64,000 bases of DNA, taken from contig OZ076413.1 in the NCBI GenBank assembly GCA_964187785.1, forward strand, positions 48,486,001 to 48,550,000, written 5' to 3'. Positions 1-12,000 of the stretch are shown piece by piece (positions within the stretch are counted from its first letter, which is position 1; every line of letters starts with the position of its first letter). The notes under the pieces were generated by a model. That model had not been told where the DNA came from. It searched no databases and worked only from the letters and a program-made list of their open reading frames with translations. Position numbers and translations under genes: made by a program. Source of the DNA: Amphiscolops sp. MND2022. Lineage: Eukaryota.

Positions 1-1050
1 ACGCTTGTATTTGACTCACGGCTAATCTTCTTCTCCAGCAGCAGTGCTAAAAAAGAGAGAATCATGAGAGCATTTTCATTAGAGAATGAAAATGGTCTGA
101 ATAAACGGACAACCAACTTACAGTCAACCAAGTAGAGTGTCGTTTCTATATCGGGAGCACGGAACCGAGAGTCTCGAAACTTGTTGGACGCATGAAAACA
201 TGTGCACAAGCTTTTTTCAGGCTCATATCTTCTGAAATTCACTTTATTGGTGCCATGTTTCATACAAGCCACTGAACATAACGTGGATTTGGGAACGCCA
301 AAAATAATTGCGATGATGTTCAAGTAAAAAATGTTATCCGCAGTTACATCTTTCGAAACTTTTATAATCATAGCTGACCCAAACTCCTTCATAAGGTGAA
401 GGACACAGAGTAGAAATAAGTGAGTCCGCATTTTGAAAAATTAGGTGCTGAATAGCGCTTCTTGTGCTACTGTTCTAGCTACGTGCTGAACAAAACAGAA
501 GCTTTCCAACAAAAAATAAGTGCTCGCTTTCTCGATTGGTGCTCGCTTTCTCAAAGAAGCAATTGATTAATGGATTCATTGGCCTTTAAATGAAACAAAG
601 AACTTTTCAAGATTTTTCCGAGTTGCTAAAGCATAAATTTTGAATCGATTTTTGCTCAGTAAATCTATAAAAATTTCATGATCAATAGAAATAATAAAAA
701 GCGTTCCAAACTAATGCAACCCCATTGTTTAAATTGACAAAATCCAAAGCCAAGTGTCTCGAAATTTGTTACAAATACAAAGCAAATATCTGTTACAATA
801 CTTTCGTAGAGTGTTATTTAGTTTCCAAAAATGTTTTTTTAAAAAAATTGCTACAGACCATATTGATAAAGTTTAAAATTTCATATTAAAAAAAAACATT
901 TAATTTCGAATATTCTGGCCCAGCCTGAAATTTCAATCGAATACATTTTTTTATTATTCAATCAAATTAGCAAATCAATACCTTTTTTCATTATTTATTA
1001 TCAATAGACTTATTCAGAAGCCTTCGGACACATTGCAACTCCATTGCTCA
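1..1050. repeat. Diverged segmental duplicate of ~43495-44460 (same orientation)
   Basis: Colinear similarity across intron, exon and upstream flank, e.g. ttgactcacggctaatcttcttctccag and gatttttccgagttgctaaagc in both copies. Confidence 0.85.
122..431 (-). CDS. First exon (signal peptide + Cys-containing PAN/apple-like region) of a secreted protein; paralog of exon 43613-43922; rest of gene lies left of the window
   Basis: ATG at 431, open frame MRTHLFLLCVLHLMKEFGSAMIIKVSKDVTADNIFYLNIIAIIFGVPKSTLCSVACMKHGTNKVNFRRYEPEKSLCTCFHASNKFRDSRFRAPDIETTLYLVD, then phase-1 donor GTAAGT; 310 nt, same length and donor position as the paralog. The PAN-like label is inferred from Cys spacing. Confidence 0.7.
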
Positions 1051-1148
1051 AAATGGCAAAATTCAAAAAGGTTCCTCTCAAAAGTTTTCAATTACAAAAA
1101 AGATAGATGCAACAAGTCTTAGAATTAAATTCAGTTCACAATATTGGT

Positions 1149-1838
1149 TTTTAGTCGGTGCTTTATGAAATGAAACGCGACTATTATAGTGACCTCTTTT
1201 TTAGTCGGCGCTTCATGAAGTGAAACGCGACTATTATAGTGACTCTTTTTTTCTATCCACACCAACTGACCAAAACAGTTCTTAAAAGTTCTACAAAAGA
1301 TTATTGCACCAAATTGCACTATTTGGCCTAGCGAACTGAACCAAAAAAGTTTTTCCTGTTTTTCCGCGTAACATACAATACCGGCGAGACCAAAGGGTCC
1401 CCCCTTTCATTTTTTCGGCACTGCGAGACTTTTTTTAGAAAAAAAAATTTCCCCAAAGTGTCCCCCTGCATTTCTTTTGATGTTTTGCGACAGAATGGAT
1501 GTTGAAAAATCCCAAAGGGCCAAAGGGTCACCCTTTCAGTTTTTTTTCGGCATTGTGAGATTTTTTCCCGAGAATAAAAATTTTTGTTTTCTTCAATTTT
1601 TTCATGTTTTGCGACAGAATGGATGTTGAAAAACCTCAAAGGGTCCCCCCTTTCAGTTTTTCGGCATTGTGAGACTTTAGCGCTCGGTCCATTTTTTTGA
1701 GTAGGTAATTTTTTCGATTTTTTTTTCGAAAAATGTTCGATTTTCGAGTACTGTAAAAGAGAATACTTGAAACTTGGAAGTCTTTTTGCTATTTTTGAGC
1801 CTTGGATATGGCGCCGACTTGGGCCGGTCCCGGCTTGT
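1149..1838 (+). mobile_element. Non-autonomous interspersed element, Helentron/DINE(HINE)-like family, copy 1
   Basis: 5' ttttAGTCGGCGC, internal tandem units aagggtccccctttcagttttttcggcattgtgagact, 3' GCGCCGACT + hairpin gggccggtccc + ggcttgtt. Confidence 0.7.
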
Positions 1839-1849
1839 TTCAATTCACA

Positions 1850-2288
1850 CGAACTCACCAAAATAGTTCTACAAAGTTCTACGAAATTTTATGGTGTCAA
1901 ATTGAACCATTTGTCCCAGCGAACTGAACCAAAAAGGTTTTTCGTTTTTTCCCGCGTAACGTACAATACAGGGCGAGACTAAAGGTACCCCTTTCAGTTT
2001 TTTCGGCATTGCGAGACTTTTTTCCACAATTTTTTCCCAAAGGGTCCCCCTTCAATTTTTCGGCATTGTGAGACTTATTCAAGATTATTTTTTCTTCTCC
2101 TAAGGGTCCCCCTTTCAACTGCGACACAAAGGTTGACAATTTTGAAAGGGTCCCGGCGCACTATTCGGTCCATTTTTTTGGTTTTCCGAGTACTGTAAAA
2201 GAGAATACTTGACACTTGGAAGTATTCTGGACACTTTTACTATTTTTGAGCCTTGGATATGGCGCCGACTTATGCCGTTTCGGCTTGT
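1850..2288 (+). mobile_element. Same HINE-like family, 5'-truncated copy
   Basis: Shares gaactgaaccaaaaagg core, internal units and 3' gagccttggatatggcgccgactt...cggcttgtt end. Confidence 0.65.
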
Positions 2289-3029
2289 TTAAGATTGCTT
2301 ACAAATGAAACAAAGCTAAAGACAAAACGAAACAATTGTATCAAAAGCATTGCAACCCCATTGCTTAAATTTAATTCAAAATTTATATACGTGTATCTCA
2401 AAATTTGTCACAAATACAAAAATGACAGGTACAAGAAGTTTTAAAATTTAATCTACTTTACATTTTTTATAGATTGCTACGACCCATATTGATGAAGTTC
2501 TTGTATTCCCGTTAAAACCTTGATAAGAATCGTGAGAGAATCTTGGAATATTTCATTCGATCCTGCGAAAAAAACGCTGCTGTATTATTTGTTGGATCTG
2601 ATACCAACATTCACATACCTATGGAACAAACCTCGATTCATAACGAAACAATTGTATTATGAATTTATTTCGTGAAGTTTTTGGCCTTTTAGGTTGAGCT
2701 TTGGAAAGTACGGTAGACACTAAAAATACGATTCAAAGGATCATGCTTGATTTAAATTGGCAAGTTGGAACTGTTTAAGTGATCTCTAACTTTTAAGCGT
2801 CCTGTAACAGAAAACGACAAATACCAAAGTTCAATTTCGCCTCCTGTAATTGGACTTTAGGTTCGAATATTCGTGAAACTGAGAGAATGCGAAAACTTAT
2901 TGACACTGGTCAGTAACAATTTTTTAGTTCTTGTTCAGTAACAAGTTTTTGTTCTCTCAATTTTTCCAAAAATGACCCTTTAGCTATCTCAATTCTCTTC
3001 TTTCACATGGCAGTGATGTTGACATTTCA

Positions 3030-3523
3030 TTTTTAGTCGGCGCATTTCTTTAGAAAAGATTCAACTATAGTCATGGCTTTTCGTCAGTGTTTTTTAAGAC
3101 CACCTGAACTGACCAAAATAATTCTACAAAAGTTCTACAAAATATTATTGCACCAAATTGCACCATTTGGCCTAGCGAACTGAACCAAAAGGGTTTTTCC
3201 TGTTTTCCCGCGTAACATACCATACCGGGCGAGACCAAAGGGTCCCCCCTTTCAGTTTTTTTTGGCATTGTGAGACTTTTTTTCCGGAAAAAAAATTTCC
3301 CCCCAAAGGGTCCCCCCTTCAATTTTTTGATGTTTTGCGACAAAATGGATGTTGAAAACCCCCAAAGGATCCACCCTTTCAGTTTTTTCGGCATTGTGAG
3401 ACTTTTTCCAAAAAATTTTTTTCATAAAAGGGTCCCCAACTCACCAATACTTTGACATATTGAAGTCCTTTTGCTATTTTTGAGCCTTAGATATGGCGCC
3501 GACTTGGGCCAGTCCCGGCTTGT
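3030..3523 (+). mobile_element. Same HINE-like family, full-length copy
   Basis: ttttagtcggcgc start; gatatggcgccgacttgggccagtcccggcttgtt end. Confidence 0.7.
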
Positions 3524-4394
3524 TTCAATAATATATCTCAATACGTTCTATTGCTACATCGTTCTGATTTATATCAATCACAGCCACCGGACTGGATTGT
3601 GGATGTCGAGGCAAATAGTTCCAGAGTGGCCAGATCTAATTGACAAAAACCACGAGATCATCGTTCTAAGCCTGAAGACAGGACTCAAAACAAGTAAACT
3701 AGTTTCGAAAGGTGATCTGTGACAAACTAAAAAACAAATTAAAACGTTTCAAAACTTTTCTGGGATACCTCAATAAGTATTCTCGTTCTTTGACATTTTC
3801 ACGACGACATGAATGGGTGATAATTTTCTAAACGCTACTGGCAAATCAAATCAACAATGATAATTTTAATTAATGCTATTTTACCACATTCTAACAAAAT
3901 AAAATTGAATAGGATGGTTTAACAGAACAAGTATAAGACGTCAACAATGAAAAGTAGATTTGGTGAAATGAAATTACGCTTCTAGGTAGCATGCTAGTTG
4001 GAGACGCAACTGTTTGATCTACTAATCTAATACACCCCCAGAAGACAAAACCACTGCCAAAAATTTTACCAAAATTACCAATATATGCGGTGGCAGGCTG
4101 CCGCAGGTGATGGGCATTGGTACTCAGTGTCTCACAATTACCAAAAAGATCTCCCAGAGAACATCCCCTTGACTAAAAAGTCAACAGTTCGAGACTAAAC
4201 TCAGAACTAAACTCAGAACCTCGAGACTAAACTCAGAACTTTAATTGAAAGTTTATATTTATGTGATTTCATACATATAATTTTTTGACTTTAATGTGTT
4301 TCTGACAGGGTCAACGAGTTCAACTGTCTGCATGTCCAGTTTAGTCCATTTAGCCGCGCTATGCTTATCAACCAATCAGATTGCGCTGTGTGTG

Positions 4395-4818
4395 TTTTTA
4401 GTCGGCGCTTTTTTAGTGAAAAGTGCTCGACTATTACAGTGGCTAGATTTTTAGTCGGCGCTTTTCTTAAGAAAAGAGTCGACTATAGTCATGGCTTTTC
4501 GTCAGTGTTTTTTTAAGACCAAAATAGACCTGAACTGACCAAAATAGTTCTACCAAAAGTTCTACAAAATTTACAGAAGACGCCAAAATGTGCCTGGTGG
4601 CCCAAGGAACTGAACCAAAAAGGTTTCCCGCGTAACATACAATACCGGACGAGACCAAAGGGTCCTCCCTTTCAGTTTTTTTCGGCATTGTGGGACTTTT
4701 TTCGAAAAAAAAATTTTTCGTAAAAGTGTTCCCAATTCACCAATACTAGGAAATTTGAAGTCCTTTTGCTATTTTTGAGCCTTGGATATGGCGCCGACTT
4801 GGGCCGTTCCCGGCTTGT
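4395..4818 (+). mobile_element. Same HINE-like family, full-length copy with duplicated 5' end
   Basis: Two ttttagtcggcgc motifs, family core, ggcgccgacttgggccgttcccggcttgtt end. Confidence 0.7.
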
Positions 4819-4984
4819 TTTCTTTTTCTTTCGTCAGACCAAATAGCTCACCCTGTATGTACCACTTTTTGTGCATTATGCACTTGTAACAAAAGTTACA
4901 GTACTTGATTGTGAACGCAGTACTTGAAACTCAGTACTTGATTGTGAACGCATCCAAAGACCTCTAACTTGAAATACAAAACCC

Positions 4985-5503
4985 AGAAGGGCCCCTCTTC
5001 CATATTGTGGGCGCTATGAGACTTTCCCCGCCCCTTTTTTCGGCTTTGTGAGACTATTTTTCGAAATTATTTAGAGTCTCCAAATGATCCCCCTTTCAAT
5101 TTTTTGATAATTTGCAACTGAATGGATGTTGAAAAAGATCAAAGGGCCCATTTTTACATTTTTCGGCACTATGAGACTGTAAAAAACTTTTTTTTGAAAC
5201 TTTTTAAACTTTAAAATGAAAATTTTTTAATGTCTCCGAAGGGTCCCTCCTTCAATTTTTTATTTTGCAACTGGATGGATGTTGAAAAAGCCCAAAGGGC
5301 CCCTCTTTACCTTTTCGGCACTATGAGACTGTTAAAAATTCTCATTTTTGTTTTTTTTCGAAAGTTTTTTTATGTCTCCGAAGGGTCCCTCCGATTTTTT
5401 TGATATTTGCTAAACACTGGATTTTCAAAAAGCCCAGAGAGTCCCCCTTTCCGCTTTTTGAGCCTTGGATATAGCGCCTACTTTTGACGTTCCCGTGTTG
5501 TTA
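4985..5503 (+). mobile_element. Diverged subfamily copy of the HINE-like repeat
   Basis: Repeated ggcactatgagact / aagggtccct units and degenerate end gagccttggatatagcgcctactttt...cccgtgttgtt. Confidence 0.55.
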
Positions 5504-5974
5504 GTATACCATTTATTCGTTTGAGATGCTGATAAAAAAATAAGCCTTACCCGGCCAACCGCCTAAAAAAGAACAACTAATTGGACAACTGGCCGGATTA
5601 GGTTTTTTCATAAGAGTTGAAGTGAAAGAAAGGTCAATTATGCAGTCACTCAAATAATACAGATTGCGCTGTAGTACTATATGAAAATAATCAAGATTCA
5701 ATTTCAACATTATTTGAAATACTTCACCCCCACCTTGGTGCTTTTCCCGAATCTATTTGGACTGATAGGACGTTCGGCCCTTCATGTCTACATTAAACCT
5801 TGTGCATGTGTATATCAAAGATCATTCGACATGTATCGTTATATTGGAATTACATGCATCATTCATTCAACAAACCATGGCCACGTAAACAAAGATGCCG
5901 TAACTACCTTTGAAGTTTAATGATAGCATGAAAATTTTGTCACGTTAATATTTGTAGAAATATATTTATTCTAC

Positions 5975-6480
5975 CGTTTTCTTCTACCTGTTGTTTATTA
6001 GTTGGTGGTTCGAGATGCCCAATACTGCTTTTCATCTTTTCATATCGAATTATACTCACAACAGGATTAGATTAGTAGAATTTCGAAAATATTCTTTTCG
6101 GTTTTTGGAACTGTGTAGTTTTTGTTCATTAATGAACATTGTTATTATTTTCAATAGACAACCTAATATTTTATCATCATAGGGCTTTCTTCCGTATTTT
6201 CAATGTTTTCACTCAGTAAAGAGTCTTTTAAAGGCTCAAAGAATCCCCCTTCCAAAAAGTTTTGTCAATGGGATTATCCATAACTGTCTGAAGTGCCACC
6301 CCCGAGCATATTCGGAAGACTTAGTTCTTTCTCGGACTGAAGGATGGCGCCCATTTCAGAAGTGCCAACTCGAAGATTTGTTTGTGTAAAAGAAGTAAAA
6401 GCAGAAAATTTTTGTTCTTTTCAGGACACAACAAAGTTGATTTTTCAACGAACCTCGTAAAAACCTCCATACAAACCGAT
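5975..6480. repeat. Dispersed repeat, homologous to 52735-53212 (+ continuation at 54939-54953)
   Basis: Colinear matches: ttttcttctac, ggtggttcgag, ttttcatatcgaatt, ttagattagt, aaaagcagaaaat, caaaccgata. Confidence 0.7.
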
Positions 6481-7112
6481 ATTGATCGGTTCAATAGATT
6501 ATTCAAGATTTCCAAAACGTTTCGAATTTCTTTGTTAGCTCCAAAGAATAGCAAATTTTCGAAATGTCCGTTGGTCAATCTATTTTTTTGGTTTTCTTTG
6601 TTCACACAAGAGCTCTGACAAAGAAATTGGAAATTGAATGGTTTCTGAAAAACGACATTTCATCGAAGTTTGGTTGATCAAAAAAGACTTTTTTGTAACC
6701 TCAATTGTTGCAATACTTAAGAGAATACAACACCATACTTTTTGTCAACAAAGGATGTTAAATTTTACATTGCTTTTTCATAGCAATATTCTGGCGGCGT
6801 CTTGAAATAATTATTTGTTTTTGATTTATCAACGAAGGTCCTTGAAGTTGAAAATATGGACCTTTTTAATTTCGATAATTTGACGACTGTCACAGAATGT
6901 TTTCATAGTGAGAAAAGGAAACAATCAAAATTACTTTGAAGACATTCTGTTTGAATTACATTTCACACGTTGCCAGAAACTTTCAAATTTAGTCAAACTT
7001 TGCAACAGAACTATATACAAACGTTAGAGTGTGGAACTGAAGCAAACACTTAGAACTATTGAATTTGAACACTTGTGTCTTCTCAAAATCAAAAAGTCTG
7101 TTTTATGATCGA

Positions 7113-7462
7113 AATGACAATTAAAGTTCCAATACTTTTATTCTCCAAACTGGAAGATTCGGGATTGAAAAACATTGTCGTATTCTAAGCATAGGACTTT
7201 AAAAAATGTTATTAAGAATGAGACTCTTGCTCAACCGTTTTCGATACGTTTACTTTCATTTTAGCATTGCATAGTAATGTCTTCAAATTTGAAGACATTA
7301 CTATGCAATGCTAAAATGAAAGTAAACGTATCGAAAACGGTTGAGCAAGAGTCTCATTCTTAATAACATTTTTTAAAGTCCTATGCTTAGAATACGACAA
7401 TGTTTTTCAATCCCGAATCTTCCAGTTTGGAGAATAAAAGTATTGGAACTTTAATTGTCATT
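7113..7462. repeat. Perfect 350-bp palindrome (175-bp arms, no spacer)
   Basis: Centre cttcaaa|tttgaag at 7287/7288; arms read as exact reverse complements. Confidence 0.95.
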
Positions 7463-7468
7463 AAAGTC

Positions 7469-7818
7469 ACAGAGTGAAAAGGACACCCCAACCCGATGTG
7501 ATTCTAAAGCCAGCAGTCTTCTTTCCGGGAGACAATGCAGCCGAAAAACTCTCAAGAAATCCCCCGTGAAGTGGGAAAAGTTAATCGGTTTGACCGCATT
7601 GATTTTACCGGCCTTCGGATCATAAACTATCAGAACGTTTGTTAACAAACGTTCTGATAGTTTATGATCCGGAGGCCGGTAAAATCAATGCGGTCAAACC
7701 GATTAACTTTTCCCACTTCACGGGGGATTTCTTGAGAGTTTTTCGGCTGCATTGTCTCCCGGAAAGAAGACTGCTGGCTTTAGAATCACATCGGGTTGGG
7801 GTGTCCTTTTCACTCTGT
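7469..7818. repeat. Near-perfect 350-bp palindrome (175-bp arms, no spacer, 1 mismatch)
   Basis: Centre tttgtt|aacaaa at 7643/7644; mirrored ORFs 7451-7648(-) and 7639-7848(+) differ only by K/E within the arms. Confidence 0.95.
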
Positions 7819-7861
7819 TCCGCTAAGAGCGTGAAAAACATGAAATGAACGTCAGGAAAAC

Positions 7862-8077
7862 GTGAAATATTCGAAAAAAAAGATTGCAAGCATGAAAAAA
7901 GTAAAACGTTGTAGTGACGATTTGGCAGCAGCTTTGTTTCAATTCAAAGATAAAAAGCCAATCTGTTCTTTGCGTGGAATTTCTCGGATATTTGGAGTAT
8001 CTTATGCAACCGTTTATGGAATTTTTCAAGGCGAATTCAAGCAACCCGAACCCAAAAAAGTATTCTGTACATTTTAG
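7862..8077 (+). pseudogene. Short helix-turn-helix-like ORF, possibly N-terminal remnant of a Tc1/pogo-type transposase
   Basis: SLRGISRIFGVSYATVYGI fits the HTH pattern of psq/Tc1-type DNA-binding domains; no catalytic domain visible nearby. Confidence 0.35.
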
Positions 8078-8173
8078 AACGTTGAACCTTTTACTGAATT
8101 TTTTTGACCGAAAGATTACAAACTTTTACTTGACCACTAAACTTGCCTTGTCACTAGACCTAGAAGACAACTC

Positions 8174-9048
8174 TGTAACGGCTGCTTGATCTCTTCACTT
8201 GACTAAACTTTACGCCACCCTGAATTCGGTGCTCGGCACAGTGGATCGTTACCGAACACTGCTTGCTTCTTAGATTAAAAGGACTGTATCTTGACTTAGA
8301 AGAATCCAATGATCTCGAATTGCACAGCTTCATGGTCTCTTAACGCGTCCAACTCTCCATAAGTTCAGAACAACTAAATTAGTAACCCTTCGTCTTTGAC
8401 GAAAAATCGAAAAGAGGTGAAGAAATGATAAGAGATTTGAAATTATCCTAAGGCCCAACTTGAATACAGCTTTCCAATCAATTTGTCTAACTAGGTATGG
8501 TATAAATCGCGTTTAAAACTATTCGATAAATATAAGTCAAAAAATGAAGTGTAAATAAACGACATTTAAAGCATAATATTAAGTTCTTGGCTAAGTAAAC
8601 AAACTATGTAGTGGTTCTGACATGATTATTACGTAGGCTAGAAAGTATGTTTATACAATGTAAATATCACCCATACCAATAGCATAACATATCTGTCAAG
8701 GTCACATGAGAAAGTCACACAAAATAGCTTGTCTATCAAAATTAGGTTTTCTTGGGTCCGACCTGGGTCACATCCGGTGTTAATTGCTCGAAACCCAGGG
8801 GATACGGGATCTGGTGTTTCGAGTGAAAAGTTAGGTTGGCATCACCACCATATGTGTGCCGAGATTGAAAGTGATTGAAAGAGTGGTTCACATGGACGCT
8901 GGGTGGCCTGTTTTCACATAGGGCCATTTTGATAATATTGTAATTTTACAACTAAAATATTGGAAACCTTCGAAATGTTTTGATTTATAAGTCTCATCAA
9001 CCACGCTCAAAACTCGCTTTCCCGTCTTGCAATTGACTAACGCCAACA
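8174..9048 (-). repeat. 3' LTR of BEL/Pao element
   Basis: tgtaacggctgcttgatc...cgccaaca; direct repeat of 15215-16066 with many substitutions; adjacent purine-rich CAGGGCCGGCAA on minus strand. Confidence 0.9.
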
Positions 9049-9049
9049 T

Positions 9050-12000
9050 TGCCGGCCCTGTTTTTTTCCCGAAAACACTTTCGTAGAAGAGGGATGCCAG
9101 TTTCACTACTGGTCGTTTAAGTTTGCCATCTTTTGTCACAAATGTTGCAGACCATCGCTTTCTTCTTGCACATCCAAGACTCTCGCCATCTTGTAGTTGG
9201 TGCGCTTCACATTTTCACTCGCGACCCAAATCAAATCATTCACTTTCAGCTGTCTCACATCATCTTTGTTCCATTTGTTCCGCACTATCCATTCCGGCAG
9301 ATATTTGTTAGTCCGTCTAGTCCAGATCATATCTGAATAAGCTTGCGACACTCGAAAGACTCGTTTCAAATCTGCGTAACGTTGAGCGTCTGGTAGCAAT
9401 GGTGTGGCTAAACTAGCTGTTCCCAATTTGAAGTGATTTGGTGTCAAAGCTTCCAAGTCATCAGGATCGTCACTAACACTAGTCAGTGGTCTGGCATTCA
9501 ACGTCTGTTCTACTAAACTCATAGTTGTTATAAGGACGTCGTCTGTCAAGGATCGACCATCCATTACAGTATTAATCATCAATTTGTTGCAGCTCGAAGC
9601 AGACGTTCCCAGATTCCTCCAAAACGTGGAGCCCTAGGAGGGTTGAATTTCCACTTGATGTCCTTTTGAGCTAGAGATATCTCATAATCAGACTGATTCC
9701 ATGCATTAATACAATCCCTCATTTCTTTAGCTGCACCCACGAAGTTTGCCCATTATTGCTCAAAACTGTAGCAGGTTTGCCTCTTCCGGCTACAAAACCG
9801 TGCGATAGAAATCGAGCAGTTCTCTGCTTCCAAAGATGGAACAACTTCAATGTGTACTGCTCTAGTCGTCAAACATGTGAAGAGAGAACATAACCTCTTC
9901 ATAGTCTTACGCATTAACACAACTTCGAAGGGAGAAAAATTATCAACGCTAGTGTTTGTAAAGGGGAACACTCGTTCCTGCAATCTCTCTCGCGGTAAAT
10001 CAGCCCTAAATGGTTGCGACACTCTGTCTCGTTGCTTTTTATATTTAGCAGACTTCGCTTTGACGTTCCTCAAAGCATTTCGCAATCCAATTCTCCAATA
10101 TTCTTGCCTCAGAACACCTCTGACGTATTCCGTGCGGTCATGAAAATTCGCTTGCTGAACATTTCCAATCAACTCGATGACATAATGCTTTGCTGGCAAT
10201 ATCGAGTGCTTGACCTCATAACTTGAATTTGAATGCTGCAGTCGGCCTTGTAGCAGCAGCAACCCATTTTCATCCGGAAACGGTGACAATTTATTCAATT
10301 GGTCTGAAGCCGCTATTGGCTGCACTTTAAAGATCTTCTCGTAGGCCTCGTGAAAACTTTCCTTCTGAAAACGTCTCAAAATTGCCAGCTTTGCCGCATT
10401 GAGTTTCTCAACGGAAAGATTTCCTTCAGATGTCCTTTTCTTCCACCTGAGGCAGTATGGCAGCACTCGAATCTTTTTCTTGAAAGACACAAATCTTTCC
10501 CATTTGAATGCGGGCTCCAATATCGCAGCTTTTATGACTGGTTCTTGCACCTCTTGAATACTAAATTGCCTTTTTTCAGGCGCCTTGGGCCCTTTGACTT
10601 GGCGTGCCACGCCAGCACTGTGTGCCATTCACTCTCCTTTAGGGATTCAACTGTCATTCCTCGAGTTCCTTTGTGAGCGGGGTTTAGTTTTCCTTCCACA
10701 TGTTTGAATTTTCGAGCATTTCAGCAACGCGATTTGCCACAAAGACCGGTTGCTTGGTATTGCTTGCATGAAGCCATTGTAGGACCGTTGTTGAATCTGT
10801 CCAATGTACGATTCGGTCTACTTCAATATCATGTTCTTCCGAAATAAGTTCTCGCAGGTTTACTCCAAAAACTGCTGCCTGCATCTCCAAAAACTTAGCC
10901 ACTGTCATGTTCCTAATTGGAGCTGCTCTATATTTCTCGATCACAAAGGTCACTTCGCCATTTTCAAACAAGCAACCATACACATTGTTTCCAAAGTGCG
11001 TCTGAGAAGGTATGCAAACCAACTGTGTCTACTCCAGATTCGAAGTATAATCTTTTAAGAACCATTTGATTCACATGAATCATCTCTGATGCCCAGTTCC
11101 TGATTTCATGACAATCTGCTTCGTTCATTTCTTTATCCCACGACTGTCCGTTCTCCCTCCATTTTGAATTCAAATGCACTCGCATTCTCATAGTGAAAGA
11201 AGAGACTATTACCACAGGGTCGAAACATGGGATAACACCGCTCTCTGCGTTATTTGAGCTTGTATCTCCTTCTGCAGGCCTCTGCAGACTTCCTTGTTGT
11301 CCACTTCAACACTCTAATGCAGTCCCAAGATGAATGGAGAAGACAGCTCAGCTTCAAAGGGTTTAGTAGAGGACGGTGACTTGTCTGCTTGCTCGATAGA
11401 CGTCATAGTCTGTTCGCAGCTGCTATTAAACTTTGTCAAGTGGAAGCCTCCTTTCGCCAACATCGCTCGCAACACTTTGTTTACTTCAGTAGCCTGCTCA
11501 GCGTTGGAAACAGACTTGACAAATTCATCCACAGAGAAGTTTCGCTTTATCAGTTTCGTAATTTGTGGGGACTCCTGTGCGTTTATTTTTTGCAACTTGC
11601 TGCAGAGCATAATTGGCGAAAGTTGCTCCGAAAAAATGTTTTCGATACTCGAACACCTTATTGGGTTCGTTTGAATTGTCTCTCTATTGAAATCGCAACA
11701 CTTTACAATTTCCATCGGTTTTTTCACTTGTAGGAACATCGCCTCAATGTCGGCAGTAATGACAATCTTTTGTTCCCTAAACCTGAAGATTATTCCAATC
11801 AGATTCTGCAGTAGCTCCAGTCTCTCTATTTGGCCATCAAACTTCGTGGTTTGTTCTAGCATCTGCAACGCTTTCTCATCGTCCTTAGACCTTGAAGAAA
11901 CATCGCAGCGGGATGCAAATGATTCAATGTCCAACAAGGTTTTTATCTGTTCTGCCAGCACATCATCTTCAGAAGCTCTTACGCAAAATGCAGTCATCTG

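Noticed and set aside
3577..4395. Possible second solo LTR related to 53213-54938
   Set aside because: Only ~20 bp of similarity; no TG...CA ends or TSD could be established.
1328..4688. ORFs of 70-177 aa with recurring KTERGDPL motifs
   Set aside because: They are translations of the non-coding HINE-like repeat units in varying frames.
7451..7889. Divergent pair of near-identical small ORFs
   Set aside because: A by-product of the palindrome; both start at TTG at the symmetry centre and have no recognisable motif.
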